Source: Candidatus Latescibacterota bacterium
GTDB taxonomy: Bacteria; Latescibacterota; UBA2968; UBA8231
Direction: 5' to 3'
Assembly (NCBI GenBank): GCA_965215195.1
Contig: CBDCDC010000002.1
Span: forward strand, 192,001-256,000
DNA length: 64,000 nt
Positions 28,559-38,903 of the stretch are shown here, one piece after another (the stretch's first letter is position 1; every line of letters begins with the position of its first letter). Below the pieces are notes generated by a model. It made no database searches and had not been told where the DNA came from. It saw only the letters and a program-made list of their open reading frames with translations. The translations under genes were made by a program, and so were the position numbers.

Positions 28559-29527
28559 ATGAAAGCAGTGCGTTTCCACCAATGCGGAGGCCCTGAGGTC
28601 CTCACCTATGAGGACGTGCCTGCGCCCACGCCGGGGCCGGGCGAGGCCGTAGTTGAAATCAAAGCCATCGGCTTAAATTATATCGACACCTATCACCGCG
28701 AAGGGCTGTACCCAGTTGAGCTGCCCTGCATCCCCGGCATGGAAGCGGCCGGGGTCGTCGCGCGCGTCGGCACGGGCGTAGAGGGCGTACAAGTGGGCGA
28801 CCGCGTGGCCTATGCCGGGGTGATGGGGTCGTATGCCGCAGAAGCGGCTGTGTCCGCCGACCGCTTGGTCCCCTTGCCGGCCGCCGCGTCCTATCAGGTG
28901 GGGGCCGCGGCTTTGCTGCAAGGCATGACGGCGCATTACCTCGCCCATGGGTCCTATCGGCTGGGCCGCGAAGACACGGCCCTGATCCACGCCGGGGCCG
29001 GCGGCGTGGGCCTGCTCTTGATTCAGATGGCCAAGCGGTGCGGAGCGCGAGTGTTTTGCACGGTCTCGACCGCGGAAAAGGAAGAGTTGGCGCGGGGCGC
29101 TGGGGCCGACGAGGTCATCCGCTATACCGAGCGCGATTTTGAACGGGACGCGATGGCACTCACCGACGGGCGCGGGGTCGATGTGGTGTACGATTCGGTG
29201 GGCCAGGCGACCTTTGACAAGAGCTTAAACGTGCTCAAGCCCTTGGGCTACTTGGTGTTGTTTGGTCAGTCGAGTGGCCCGGTCCCGCCCTTTGACCCCG
29301 GCATCCTCAGCGCCAAGGGGTCGCTGTTTTTGACGCGGCCGACCATGCTGCACTACATCCAGACCCGCGAGGACCTATTGGAACGCGCCGGCGCGGTGTT
29401 GGAATGGATCGCCAGTGGCGAGTTAGCCCTGCGCATCAGCGCTCAGTTCGGCTTGTCGGACGCGGCGGCAGCCCACCGCGCCTTGCAGGGGCGCAAGACG
29501 ACCGGCAAGGTCGTCCTCATACCGTGA
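28559..29527 (+). CDS. qor: NADPH:quinone oxidoreductase
   Basis: GLNYIDTYHR, HAGAGGVG, YDSVG, KGSLFLTRP. Confidence 0.92.
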   Translation: MKAVRFHQCGGPEVLTYEDVPAPTPGPGEAVVEIKAIGLNYIDTYHREGLYPVELPCIPGMEAAGVVARVGTGVEGVQVGDRVAYAGVMGSYAAEAAVSADRLVPLPAAASYQVGAAALLQGMTAHYLAHGSYRLGREDTALIHAGAGGVGLLLIQMAKRCGARVFCTVSTAEKEELARGAGADEVIRYTERDFERDAMALTDGRGVDVVYDSVGQATFDKSLNVLKPLGYLVLFGQSSGPVPPFDPGILSAKGSLFLTRPTMLHYIQTREDLLERAGAVLEWIASGELALRISAQFGLSDAAAAHRALQGRKTTGKVVLIP

Positions 29528-29547
29528 AGTAGCCAAGGAGGTAGGCC

Positions 29548-30792
29548 ATGGCAGAGGCAGATTCAAAGGACGAACTAACCCCGGCCGCAGGCCCCGATGC
29601 ACAAGGCGCGGACTTTGCCCAGATGCTCGACGCCGAAGGGGCACCACCGGCTCCGACCACTCATGCGGTCGCAGTTGGCACCGAGGTCAGCGGCGTGATC
29701 GTCAAGGTCGAGGACGAGAACAGCTTTGTCGAGTACGGCAGTCGGGAAGAGGCCATAATCCGCACCAGCGAGCTCAAAGGCCCCGATGGGGAAATGCGCT
29801 ACAAGGTCGGCGACCCGGTCTCGGCGTTTGTCGTGGCCGCCGGGGACGAGGTCCAGCTCAGCCGCGGATTGAGCCGCCAAGCCGCCGAGGCCGACTTGCT
29901 CTACCAGGCGTACAAGGCCGGGCTGCCGGTCGAGGGCCGGGTCGACGCGGTCAACAAGGGGGGGTTGGGCGTGACCATCGAGGGCGACGTGCGCGGTTTT
30001 TGCCCGATTTCGCACGTCAATACCCAGTACGTGAAAAACGCCGAAGAGTACCGCGGCCAGACCTTGACCTTTAAGATCATCGAGTTCCGCCACCAGGGCC
30101 GCGTTATCGTCCTGTCGCGCCGGGCCTTGCTCGAAGCCGAGCAGGACAAGGCCGCCGGCTTGGTGCGCAGTCAGCTAAAGAAGGGTGCGCAACTGGCGGG
30201 CAAGGTGAAGCGGCTGGAGTCTTTTGGGGCTTTCGTGGATTTGGGTTCCGGGGTGGAGGGCTTGGTCCACGTCTCGGAGATCAGCCATCGGCGCGTCGGC
30301 CATCCCGAGGAGGTCCTCGCGGTGGGGCAGCAGGTCCAAGTCGAGGTCTTGCGCACCAAGGAGTTGGGCAAGCGGCGCAAGGAGCGGATCTCGCTTTCGC
30401 TCAAGGCACTCGAAAAGGACCCTTGGCAAGAGATAAAAGAGCAGTTCGCAGTCGGCACGGTCGTCGCCGGCAAGGTCGATGGACTGGAGGATTTTGGCGC
30501 GTTTGTCGAGCTGGCCGACGGTGTGCGCGGCTTGGTCCACGTCTCGGAGATCGCCGACCGCCGCATCGGCCACCCGCGCGAGGTTCTCTCGCTCGGGGAA
30601 GAGGTCAAGGTGGTGGTGCTCGAAGTGGATGTCCGCCGCCAGCGCTTGCGCCTGTCGATTGCCCAAGTCGATGCCCTCGAATCCAAGGCCCATCTCGCCG
30701 AGTTCCGCCAGCGGCAGGAGCAGGAGCAGGAAGCAGTGCAGGGCAGCAGCACCATGCTCGACGCGCTCAGACGCGCCAATCTGACCGATTGA
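29548..30792 (+). CDS. Four-S1-domain protein (30S ribosomal protein S1-like)
   Basis: Repeated FGAFV..GVEGLVHVSEI S1 motifs. Confidence 0.88.
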   Translation: MAEADSKDELTPAAGPDAQGADFAQMLDAEGAPPAPTTHAVAVGTEVSGVIVKVEDENSFVEYGSREEAIIRTSELKGPDGEMRYKVGDPVSAFVVAAGDEVQLSRGLSRQAAEADLLYQAYKAGLPVEGRVDAVNKGGLGVTIEGDVRGFCPISHVNTQYVKNAEEYRGQTLTFKIIEFRHQGRVIVLSRRALLEAEQDKAAGLVRSQLKKGAQLAGKVKRLESFGAFVDLGSGVEGLVHVSEISHRRVGHPEEVLAVGQQVQVEVLRTKELGKRRKERISLSLKALEKDPWQEIKEQFAVGTVVAGKVDGLEDFGAFVELADGVRGLVHVSEIADRRIGHPREVLSLGEEVKVVVLEVDVRRQRLRLSIAQVDALESKAHLAEFRQRQEQEQEAVQGSSTMLDALRRANLTD

Positions 30793-30793
30793 G

Positions 30794-32044
30794 ATGGGGC
30801 TGGCCCACGCCATTTTTAATCACCAGCGCCCCGGGTACTACGGCGAGTACGGCGGGGCCTTTATCCCCGAAATCCTGCGCACTACCCTCGACGAACTGAC
30901 CCAAGTCTTTGAGGCCGCGCGCCGCGATCCCTCCTTTTGGGCCGAGTTCGAGCAGGTGATGCGGACGTATTCCTGCCGGCCGACCCCGATTACGTACCTC
31001 GAAAATCTCTCCCGCGAGGTCGGCGGGGCGCGGATCTTTCTCAAGCGCGAAGATCTCAACCACACCGGAGCCCACAAGGTCAACAACGTCATGGGCCAGG
31101 GCTTGTTGGTGCGCCGCATGGGCAAAAGCCGGGTCATTGCCGAGACCGGGGCCGGCCAGCACGGCGTGGCCACGGCCACCATGGCCGCCCGCTTGGGGCT
31201 AGAATGCACCGTCTATATGGGGGCCGTTGATGTCGAGCGTCAGCGGCCCAATGTGTTCTGGATGGAGCAATTAGGGGCCGAGGTGGTGCCGGTGACCGAT
31301 GGCTCGGCCACGCTCAAGGACGCCATCAACGAGAGCCTGCGCGATTGGGCCTATTCCATGGCCGACACCCACTATGTGCTCGGCACGGCTTGCGGCCCGC
31401 ATCCCTTCCCGCAAATCGTGGCCTATTTCCAGCGCATCATCGGCGCGGAGAGCCGCCAACAGATGCTGGATTCGCTGGGGAGTTTGCCCGACCGGGTGTA
31501 CGCCTGCGTCGGCGGCGGGTCCAATGCCACGGGCCTATTCTTGGGGTTCCTCGACGACGCGGCTGTCGAGTTAGTTGGGGTGGAGGCTGGGGGCCGGGGG
31601 CTGGAGACGGGCACCCATGCCGCCCGCTTGGCCGGTCTCGTCGGCACGCCCGGGGTGGCCCAAGGCTACAAGACCTTCTTCTTCCAAGACGCCGAAGGCC
31701 AAATGCGGCACACCCATTCGGTGGCAGCCGGGCTAGACTACATCGGCGTCAGTCCGATTCTCGCGCACTTGGCCGAGATGGGCCGGGTGCGCATTGAGGC
31801 CGCGACCGACGCGGAAGTGATCGAGGCCCTCAAGCGGATGATGCGCAGCGAGGGGATCATCGGCGCGCTCGAAAGCGTCCACGCCTTGGCCGGGGCCCTG
31901 CGCGAAGTGGGCGAGATGCCGCCCGACCAAGCTGTGCTAATCGGCCTGTCGGGCCGCGGCGACAAGGACATTTTCACCATCGCCAGCGCGCTCGCGGACG
32001 AAAACTGGCAGCGCTTTCTCGCGGACAGGGCCGCCCGGGCGTGA
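30794..32044 (+). CDS. trpB: Tryptophan synthase beta chain
   Basis: KREDLNHTGAHK, ETGAGQHG, CVGGGSNA, LSGRGDKD. Confidence 0.97.
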   Translation: MGLAHAIFNHQRPGYYGEYGGAFIPEILRTTLDELTQVFEAARRDPSFWAEFEQVMRTYSCRPTPITYLENLSREVGGARIFLKREDLNHTGAHKVNNVMGQGLLVRRMGKSRVIAETGAGQHGVATATMAARLGLECTVYMGAVDVERQRPNVFWMEQLGAEVVPVTDGSATLKDAINESLRDWAYSMADTHYVLGTACGPHPFPQIVAYFQRIIGAESRQQMLDSLGSLPDRVYACVGGGSNATGLFLGFLDDAAVELVGVEAGGRGLETGTHAARLAGLVGTPGVAQGYKTFFFQDAEGQMRHTHSVAAGLDYIGVSPILAHLAEMGRVRIEAATDAEVIEALKRMMRSEGIIGALESVHALAGALREVGEMPPDQAVLIGLSGRGDKDIFTIASALADENWQRFLADRAARA

Positions 32045-32817
32045 ATCTGCAAGCCTATATCGCAGAGCGGCTCACCGAGCGCAAAGTTCTGCTGATGACG
32101 CATCTGATCGCCGGCTTTCCCTCGCTGGAGGCCAACTGGCGGATGCTAAAGATCATGGCCGAGGTCGAGGTTGATTTGGTCGAATTGCAGATGCCCTTTA
32201 GCGAGCCAATCGCCGACGGGCCGATTTTTGCGCGGGCGAACCAACAGGCCCTCGAAAGCGGCCTTACTCTCGACCAGTACTTCGACCTGATGCAGCGGGC
32301 GAGCGCGGCGTTTCCCTTTCCGCATTTGATGATGGCCTACTACAACACCGCGTTCCGCTTGGGACACGGCCCGTTCTGCGGTCGCTTGGCAGCAAGCGGG
32401 GCCTGCGGCTTTATCCTGCCCGACTTGCCGGTCGAAGAGTACGGCGACCTGTGGGCAGCAGGTGCGGAGTGCGAGCAAACGCCGATTTTGCTGATGACCC
32501 CGACCAACACCGACCAGCGGCTGCACCAGATTGGTGCCCAAGCCCAAGGGTTTGTCTATGCGGTGGCGCGCAAGGGCGTAACCGGCCGCCAGACCGACTT
32601 AGACGACGAACTCTATGGGTTTATCGCGCGCTGCCGCGAGGCGACCGATCTGCCGCTGGGGGTCGGCTTCGGCCTGCGCAGCCGGGAAGATTTGCGCCAG
32701 CTACAAGGCCGGGCCGAAATCGGCATCGTCGGATCGGTGCTGTTGGAGGTTTGGGAACGGGAAGGGGAGACGGGCTACGCCGCCCTCTTGCGCGACTTGG
32801 CCGCTGGCCGCGATTGA
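32041..32817 (+). CDS. trpA: Tryptophan synthase alpha chain
   Basis: ELQMPFSEPIADGP, PDLP, RKGVTG, VGFG; coupled to trpB. Confidence 0.95.
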   Translation: MNLQAYIAERLTERKVLLMTHLIAGFPSLEANWRMLKIMAEVEVDLVELQMPFSEPIADGPIFARANQQALESGLTLDQYFDLMQRASAAFPFPHLMMAYYNTAFRLGHGPFCGRLAASGACGFILPDLPVEEYGDLWAAGAECEQTPILLMTPTNTDQRLHQIGAQAQGFVYAVARKGVTGRQTDLDDELYGFIARCREATDLPLGVGFGLRSREDLRQLQGRAEIGIVGSVLLEVWEREGETGYAALLRDLAAGRD

Positions 32818-32848
32818 AATGCTTGGGGGGTGGTTTGCACGGCCGCAG

Positions 32849-33577
32849 TCAGTCCATGTACAAACCCCCGTTGACGTCAATGGTCTCGCCGGTGATGTGC
32901 CGCGCGTCGTCCGAAGCTAAGAAGAGCGCGCAGTTGGCTACGTCTTCGGGCTGGCCGGGGCAGCCGAGGGGGATAGAAGCCTTGAGCTGGTCGTGTTCCG
33001 GGGCAGCGGTCATGGCGGTGTCGATGACGCCGGGAGCAATGGCGTTGACGCGAATCTGGTGAGGGGCTAGGGCACGCGCTAGGCCAATGGTTAAGGTGAG
33101 GACGCCGGCTTTGGCGGCTGCATAGGGGGGGCCAGCGGCTAGGCCGCCCGTTTTGGCCGCTAGGGACGTCATGTTGATAATGACCCCCTCGCGGCGCGCC
33201 TTCATATGGGGGATGACCGCTTGAGCGCAGAGGAAGGGGCCTTTCATGTTGACATCGACGATGCGGTCCCAGTCTTCTTCGCTGCACGATTCAAAAGTGG
33301 TATAGACCAAATAGCCGGCGTTGTTGACAAGGATGTCGAGTTGGCCGAACTCGTCGAGCACTTGGGCGGTAGCGGCGCGGACAGCGGCCTTGGACGACAC
33401 GTCCATTGCCAATCCCAACGCGCCGATCTCGGCAGCCGTGGCGCGGGCGTCGTCCGGGTCGATATCGGCGATGGCCACGCGCGCACCTGCGCGGACAAAA
33501 CACTCGGCGATGGCCCGCCCAATGCCCCGGCCGGCCCCGGTGATCAACGCGGTCTTGTGCTGTAGTTTCCCCGTCAT
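32849..33577 (-). CDS. SDR-family oxidoreductase (FabG-like)
   Basis: TGAGRGIG, NNAG, YAAAK, VNGG. Confidence 0.92.
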   Translation of the reverse strand: MTGKLQHKTALITGAGRGIGRAIAECFVRAGARVAIADIDPDDARATAAEIGALGLAMDVSSKAAVRAATAQVLDEFGQLDILVNNAGYLVYTTFESCSEEDWDRIVDVNMKGPFLCAQAVIPHMKARREGVIINMTSLAAKTGGLAAGPPYAAAKAGVLTLTIGLARALAPHQIRVNAIAPGVIDTAMTAAPEHDQLKASIPLGCPGQPEDVANCALFLASDDARHITGETIDVNGGLYMD

Positions 33578-33776
33578 TGTGCATTTCTCCATTCGCTGTA
33601 CTAAGGGTCAAAAAATATACTATTTTGCGTGGCGGCCCAATGCACACGGGTGGTGGCTCGTGCTTGCTAAATTGGAAAAAATCTATAAGTATAAGGCCAC
33701 GAACGTTAGAGGGCGCGGCCCAAGGCGTTGAGCAATCCTTTTGTTAGGGCCTCTTAGGAATGGGGAGTTTTCAGTT

Positions 33777-35033
33777 ATGAGGAACGTCATTGGAGTCATC
33801 CTCGGGGGCGGGCAGGGTACGCGGCTCTTCCCGCTGACTCAGCTTCGCTCCAAGCCGGCCGTGCCGATTGGCGGTAAGTACCGCTTAATCGACATTCCCA
33901 TCAGCAATTGTCTGCATTCCGGGGTCAACCGCATCTTCGCCCTGACCCAATTCAATTCCGCTTCGCTCCACCGCCACATCAGCACGACGTATCGCTTTGA
34001 TTCCTTTTCCGATGGCTTTGTCGAGATCTTGGCTGCCGAGCAGACCCAAGACAGCGTCGCTTGGTACCAAGGAACGGCCGACGCCGTGCGCCGACAGCTC
34101 AGGCACTTGCTCTCGCGCCGCGCTGACCAAGTGCTAATCCTGTCGGGCGACCACCTCTATCGCATGGACTACCGCGCCTTTGTCGCCGAGCACCGAGCGC
34201 GAAGCGCGGACGTGTCGATTGCGGTCAAGCCGGTGACGCGGCAAGCTGCGCCGGCGCTGGGGATCGTGCAGGTCAATGCTCAAGGGCAGATCGTGGATTT
34301 TCGCGAGAAGCCGCAAGACGAGGCTGCGCTAGATGCTCTGCGGCTGCCGGCGGCCGACTCGGAGGCGTGCTATCTGGCCTCCATGGGCATCTACGTGTTT
34401 GAACCCCAGGTCTTGGTCAGCCTGCTGATGGGCAGCGACCAAGACGACTTCGGCAAGCACATCATCCCGAGCGCGATCCACAAGGTCGGGGTTTTTGCCC
34501 ACACCTTTGAAGGCTATTGGGAGGACATCGGGACCATTCGCTCTTTTTACGAGGCCAACTTGGCGCTGACCGATCGGCCGCCGCCGTTTGACTTTTATCG
34601 GGCCGACGCACCGATCTACACGCACGCGCGCTTCCTCGCCGGTACGCGGCTGGAGAATTGTCACATTGAGCGCGGGATCATCTGCGAAGGCTCTTCCATT
34701 CAGTCGGCCCGGATCGAGCGCTCGGTGATAGGAATTCGCTCGGTGATTGGCGCGAATTGCCGGATTGCCAATACCATCGTCATGGGCGCTGATTCGGAAG
34801 AATCGCCCGCCGATCGAGTGCGCAATGCCGCCCAAGGCACTCCAGATATAGGAATTGGCGCGAACTCCGCGATCACCGGGGCGATCATCGACAAAAATGC
34901 GCGCATCGGCGAGGGTGTTTGCATCACCAACAAGGACCGCGGCGTTGAAGCCGATGAGACAAACTACTACATCCGCGACGGGATCGTGGTCGTGCCCAAG
35001 GACGCGGTGATTCCGTCGGGCACTGTGGTGTAA
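33777..35033 (+). CDS. glgC: Glucose-1-phosphate adenylyltransferase
   Basis: [48 protein letters not shown]. Confidence 0.97.
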   Translation: MRNVIGVILGGGQGTRLFPLTQLRSKPAVPIGGKYRLIDIPISNCLHSGVNRIFALTQFNSASLHRHISTTYRFDSFSDGFVEILAAEQTQDSVAWYQGTADAVRRQLRHLLSRRADQVLILSGDHLYRMDYRAFVAEHRARSADVSIAVKPVTRQAAPALGIVQVNAQGQIVDFREKPQDEAALDALRLPAADSEACYLASMGIYVFEPQVLVSLLMGSDQDDFGKHIIPSAIHKVGVFAHTFEGYWEDIGTIRSFYEANLALTDRPPPFDFYRADAPIYTHARFLAGTRLENCHIERGIICEGSSIQSARIERSVIGIRSVIGANCRIANTIVMGADSEESPADRVRNAAQGTPDIGIGANSAITGAIIDKNARIGEGVCITNKDRGVEADETNYYIRDGIVVVPKDAVIPSGTVV

Positions 35034-35051
35034 AGAAGTGCGCGGGCGTAC

Positions 35052-35090
35052 AAAAAGAGGGACGGGTGCAAAACCCGTCCCTCTTTCTTT
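35052..35090. terminator. Bidirectional intrinsic terminator
   Basis: AAAGAGGGACGGG-TGCAAAA-CCCGTCCCTCTTT between convergent genes. Confidence 0.8.
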
Positions 35091-35099
35091 TGTACTGGG

Positions 35100-35251
35100 C
35101 TTAGTACCCGACCCCTAAAGTAGGCGACCCTTACTTTGAGTACGCCTTTTCTGCGGTTTCCGCTGGGTGCGGGATCGCGGGCGTCCCGCCCTCGCCGAGG
35201 GCAAGATGCCCTCGATCCTTGGCCGGCTGAGGGCTGGTGTCGTGTAGTAAG
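35100..35251. mobile_element. MITE family A, copy 1 (152 bp)
   Basis: Imperfect TIRs CTTAGTACCCGAC / GTCGTGTAGTAAG; flanking direct repeat GTACTGGG on both sides. Confidence 0.85.
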
Positions 35252-35267
35252 GTACTGGGAGAAAGCC

Positions 35268-36914
35268 CTATTTGAGCAAGGTCATCTTGCGGTGCAGCAC
35301 TTGGTCGCCAGCGCGGAGGCGGTAGAAGTACGTACCGGCGCTGAGGTCCGACGCATCGACGACGACCGAGTAGGTGCCGGCCATGCGCCATCCTTCTGAA
35401 AGCATCGCCACCTGTTGGCCGAGAGCATTGAAGAGGATCAGCTCGACGTGGCCAGCGGCCGGAATGGCGTAGGCAATGGTCGTGCTGGGGTTGAAGGGGT
35501 TGGGGTAGTTTTGATTCAGGGTGTAAGCATTGGGTACGGCCGCCGACACCGCGGACTCCTCGGCGACGAAGGTCGCTATCTCATTGGGCGAGATGCTGGC
35601 CGCTGCGAGAAAGGTCCAGCCCGAGGTCCACAATTCGCTGCCAAAGGCTCCGACATAGTCAACCTCGGTGTAGAAGCTGTCGTCGGGAATAGTGCCACCG
35701 CCGCCCCAAGCTGGGCTGCCTGTTTGCGGGCGCGGGTCCAGCCCCAAATTTTGGCTGCGGGAAATGCCGCTGAGCAGCGGGTCGACGATTTGGTTGCCAT
35801 TGGCGGCGAGGTGGTCGGCCGCGAACGGATCCGGGGCAATGGCGGCTAGATCGTCGCCGGCACCAAAGCCCCACCAGATGTTGTGAGCCAAGACGAGGTC
35901 GCCAGCTTCCAAGCGGGCGCGGCTGTCCTCACCGGACTCTAAATCCTCGATGTCAACGCCTTCGCCGGCAAAGTCGGTAAAGATGCTGTTGTGGTATTGG
36001 CCGCCAGCATTGTCGCGAATTTTGAGCACCACGTCGTTGTCGCCGTTGGTGGAAAAGGCCCCGGAGCCGATGTACGTGGCGTTGTAGATGACCGGAATGG
36101 CGTAGGGCGTACCGTCCTCGGGCGTGGTGCCGCCGTCGTGCTCACCCGCACGGTTGCCGGACTCGTCGCCTTGGATTGCGAACCAGAACTGGCCTTTGCC
36201 GCGGAAGCCTTCGTCGTAGTCAAAGGCGTCGTCGCCGTTGAAAGCCGAAACGAGGTACTTGGTGTTGACCGTGCCGCCAAACCACTCAAAGCCGTCGTCT
36301 TGGTTGTTGTACACCTCGACGTATTCGATGACCGTGCCGCTGCCCACGCCGCCCATGGTCAGGCCGTTGATCTCATTGCCCGCGCCAATGTCGGTGCCGC
36401 CGTGGCGGATGGACGCGTAGCGGAAGACGCCGGAGTTGTCGCCATCGTCGTCGCCGCCGTAGATGCCGCGCGGCTCGGTGGTGGGAATGCCCTCAATGGG
36501 GGTTTCGCCCGGCTGGGAGTTGAGGCTGGCGCGGCCGAGGATGATGACGCCGCCCCACAGGCCGCGGGCGTTGAGGGGCAGGTCGTTGGGGTTGCTGACG
36601 TCGTCGGCTTCAGCCGTGAAAATGATCGGCTTATCCGCAGTGCCAGCGGCAAAAATTTTGCCGCCGCGAGCCACGACGAGGGCGCTGGCGTTTTCGCCTT
36701 GTCCCGGCTTGCCCTTGACGACCGTGCCCGGCTGAATCGTCAGGGAGGAGCCCTCACCGACAAAAACTAGGCCGTTGAGTACGTACTCGTTGTCCGCGGT
36801 CCATTCCACATTGGCACCGGCCGGAATATCCGCGTCGGTGACGTCGATGGTGGCCGTCCAAGCGGCGGCCGGCAGCAGCGCGATGGCTGCCGCGAACATG
36901 GTCTTGCGAAGCAT
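35268..36914 (-). CDS. Secreted beta-helix-like protein with T9SS type A/FlgD-Ig C-terminal sorting domain
   Basis: Signal peptide; GLWGGVIILG, EINGLTMGGVG, DDGFEWFGG; C-terminal LNQNYPNPFNPSTTI...GTYFYRL...KMTLLK. Confidence 0.88.
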   Translation of the reverse strand: MLRKTMFAAAIALLPAAAWTATIDVTDADIPAGANVEWTADNEYVLNGLVFVGEGSSLTIQPGTVVKGKPGQGENASALVVARGGKIFAAGTADKPIIFTAEADDVSNPNDLPLNARGLWGGVIILGRASLNSQPGETPIEGIPTTEPRGIYGGDDDGDNSGVFRYASIRHGGTDIGAGNEINGLTMGGVGSGTVIEYVEVYNNQDDGFEWFGGTVNTKYLVSAFNGDDAFDYDEGFRGKGQFWFAIQGDESGNRAGEHDGGTTPEDGTPYAIPVIYNATYIGSGAFSTNGDNDVVLKIRDNAGGQYHNSIFTDFAGEGVDIEDLESGEDSRARLEAGDLVLAHNIWWGFGAGDDLAAIAPDPFAADHLAANGNQIVDPLLSGISRSQNLGLDPRPQTGSPAWGGGGTIPDDSFYTEVDYVGAFGSELWTSGWTFLAAASISPNEIATFVAEESAVSAAVPNAYTLNQNYPNPFNPSTTIAYAIPAAGHVELILFNALGQQVAMLSEGWRMAGTYSVVVDASDLSAGTYFYRLRAGDQVLHRKMTLLK

Positions 36915-37000
36915 TTTTGCCTCCTAATGAAGGGGGATTATGGGAACCACTCTGTCAGCAAGAGACAATACAGCGAGGTTGTAACAAGGCTGCGTCAGCT

Positions 37001-37021
37001 ATGTTAATAGTGTGTTACATA
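37001..37021 (-). promoter_or_regulatory. Pho-box-like direct repeat
   Basis: Minus strand TGTAACACACT-ATTAACATAGC: GTAAC/TTAAC at 11-bp spacing upstream of the secreted protein. Confidence 0.45.
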
Positions 37022-37077
37022 ACTGACGTTGCGCACCGTGCGTAACATCACCTTTATTTTGTAAAAGGAGGCAAACA

Positions 37078-38730
37078 ATGCCGTTATGGAAGCGGATAAA
37101 CGCCCTGCTGGTCGTCGTTTTAGGCGTAGTGGCCTGTTCCGATCCGCCGGTCGCGCCGGCACCGGCGGGTAAAGCCTTGGGGCAGGCCGAGGCCGATAGT
37201 ACGCAGTCGGACGCTGCGACCGACAGCCCCGCACCAGCCATCGTCTCGTTTGCCGACGCCAACTTGGAGCTTGCGGTGCGACGGACGCTGAACAAGCCCG
37301 AAGGCCCGCTGACCGCCGACGATCTGGCGTCCCTGACGAAGCTCGACGTAGAATGGCAAGACGTCTCAGGCATTGAGAGCTTGGCCGGCCTCGAACACGC
37401 GACAGCGCTGGACACGCTGAACCTGTGGGGCAACCAGATTGTGGATTTGAGTCCGTTGGCAGGGTTGACCCAGCTAACTTACCTCGACTTAGGGCACAAT
37501 CAGGTGGCGGATGTGGGTGCGTTGGCGGGCTTGACCAACTTGAAATGGCTGAGTCTGTGGGGCAACGCGGTGGCGAATTTAAGTCCGTTGGCAGGCTTGA
37601 CGAAGCTGACCTATCTGAACCTGTGGGGCAACCAGATTGAAGCGGTGAGTGCGTTGGCGGAGTTGACCAAGCTGACCTCGCTGAACTTGGGGCACAATCA
37701 GGTGGCGGATGTGCGGCCGTTGGATGATCTGACCCGGCTGGACTGGCTGGGCTTGGTGGACAATCCCATTCGCCAAGGGGACCTCGCCGAACAGATTCCC
37801 ACCTTGATAGAGCAGGACGTCACGGTCTCCGTCGTCCTGCCGAACCCACAACCACCCCCGGCCCCGGCAGCAGACCCGGCCCCGGCTCCACCCCCGGCCC
37901 CGGTAGTCGTCTCGTTCGCCGATGCCAACTTAGAGGATGCGGTGCGGGGGCAACTGGGTAAACCGGAAGGCGCACTTACATCCGCGGATCTGGCGTCCCT
38001 AACGACGCTTGGAGCAGCCAGGCTAAGCATTGAGAGCTTGGCCGGCCTCGAACACGCGACGGCACTAGTTGAGCTGGACCTGTCCGAAAACGCGGCTCTT
38101 GCGGATTTGAGTCCGTTGGCAGGCCTGACCAACTTGCAAAAGCTGTATCTGGCTTCCACGGCCATTGGGGATGCGGGTGTGGTTTCGTTGTCGGGCCTGA
38201 CCAACTTGGAATTGCTGCGTCTGAGTAGCACGGCCATTGGGGATGCGGGTGTGGTTTCGTTGTCGGGCCTGACCAACTTGCAAACGCTGTATCTGAGTAG
38301 CACGTCCATTGGGGATGCGGGGTTGGCTTCGTTGTCGAGCCTGACCAACTTGACATATCTGTATCTGAGTAGCACGTCCATTACGGATGCGGGGTTGGCT
38401 TCGTTGTCGAGCCTGACCAAGTTGCAAAGGCTGCGTCTGAGTAGCACGTCCATTACGGATGCGGGGTTGGCTTCGTTGTCAAGCCTGACCAACCTGACAT
38501 ATCTGCATCTGAATAACACGTCCATTGGGGATGCGGGGGTGGTTTCGTTGTCGAGCCTGACCAACCTGAAATGGCTGTATCTGAGTGACACGTCCATTAC
38601 GGATGTGAGTCCGTTGCTCAGCCTGACCAACTTGCAAAAGCTGTGGCTGCAAGGCACTACCCTCAGTGCCGCGTCAATCAACACACACATCCCCGCCCTT
38701 GAAACAGCAGGCGTTACGATCTACCGATAA
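37078..38730 (+). CDS. LRR lipoprotein paralog 1
   Basis: Lipobox VVAC, internalin-like cap, 22-aa LRRs, Pro linker, second cap, 24-aa LRRs, C-cap INTHIPAL. Confidence 0.92.
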   Translation: MPLWKRINALLVVVLGVVACSDPPVAPAPAGKALGQAEADSTQSDAATDSPAPAIVSFADANLELAVRRTLNKPEGPLTADDLASLTKLDVEWQDVSGIESLAGLEHATALDTLNLWGNQIVDLSPLAGLTQLTYLDLGHNQVADVGALAGLTNLKWLSLWGNAVANLSPLAGLTKLTYLNLWGNQIEAVSALAELTKLTSLNLGHNQVADVRPLDDLTRLDWLGLVDNPIRQGDLAEQIPTLIEQDVTVSVVLPNPQPPPAPAADPAPAPPPAPVVVSFADANLEDAVRGQLGKPEGALTSADLASLTTLGAARLSIESLAGLEHATALVELDLSENAALADLSPLAGLTNLQKLYLASTAIGDAGVVSLSGLTNLELLRLSSTAIGDAGVVSLSGLTNLQTLYLSSTSIGDAGLASLSSLTNLTYLYLSSTSITDAGLASLSSLTKLQRLRLSSTSITDAGLASLSSLTNLTYLHLNNTSIGDAGVVSLSSLTNLKWLYLSDTSITDVSPLLSLTNLQKLWLQGTTLSAASINTHIPALETAGVTIYR

Positions 38731-38903
38731 TGAAAACCTTCATTCTTGTAGTAGGGGTGTTTCATGTCGCTGGACAATCCCGCTGAGAAGCCCATCGGGT
38801 GAGCGACGAACACAAATGGATGGTTCATATCGGTAAAAGGAATGGGCTCAATTTGACACCCCTGTTCTTGGTTCCTCAAACCTTTTATAGAAGGAGGCAA
38901 ACA

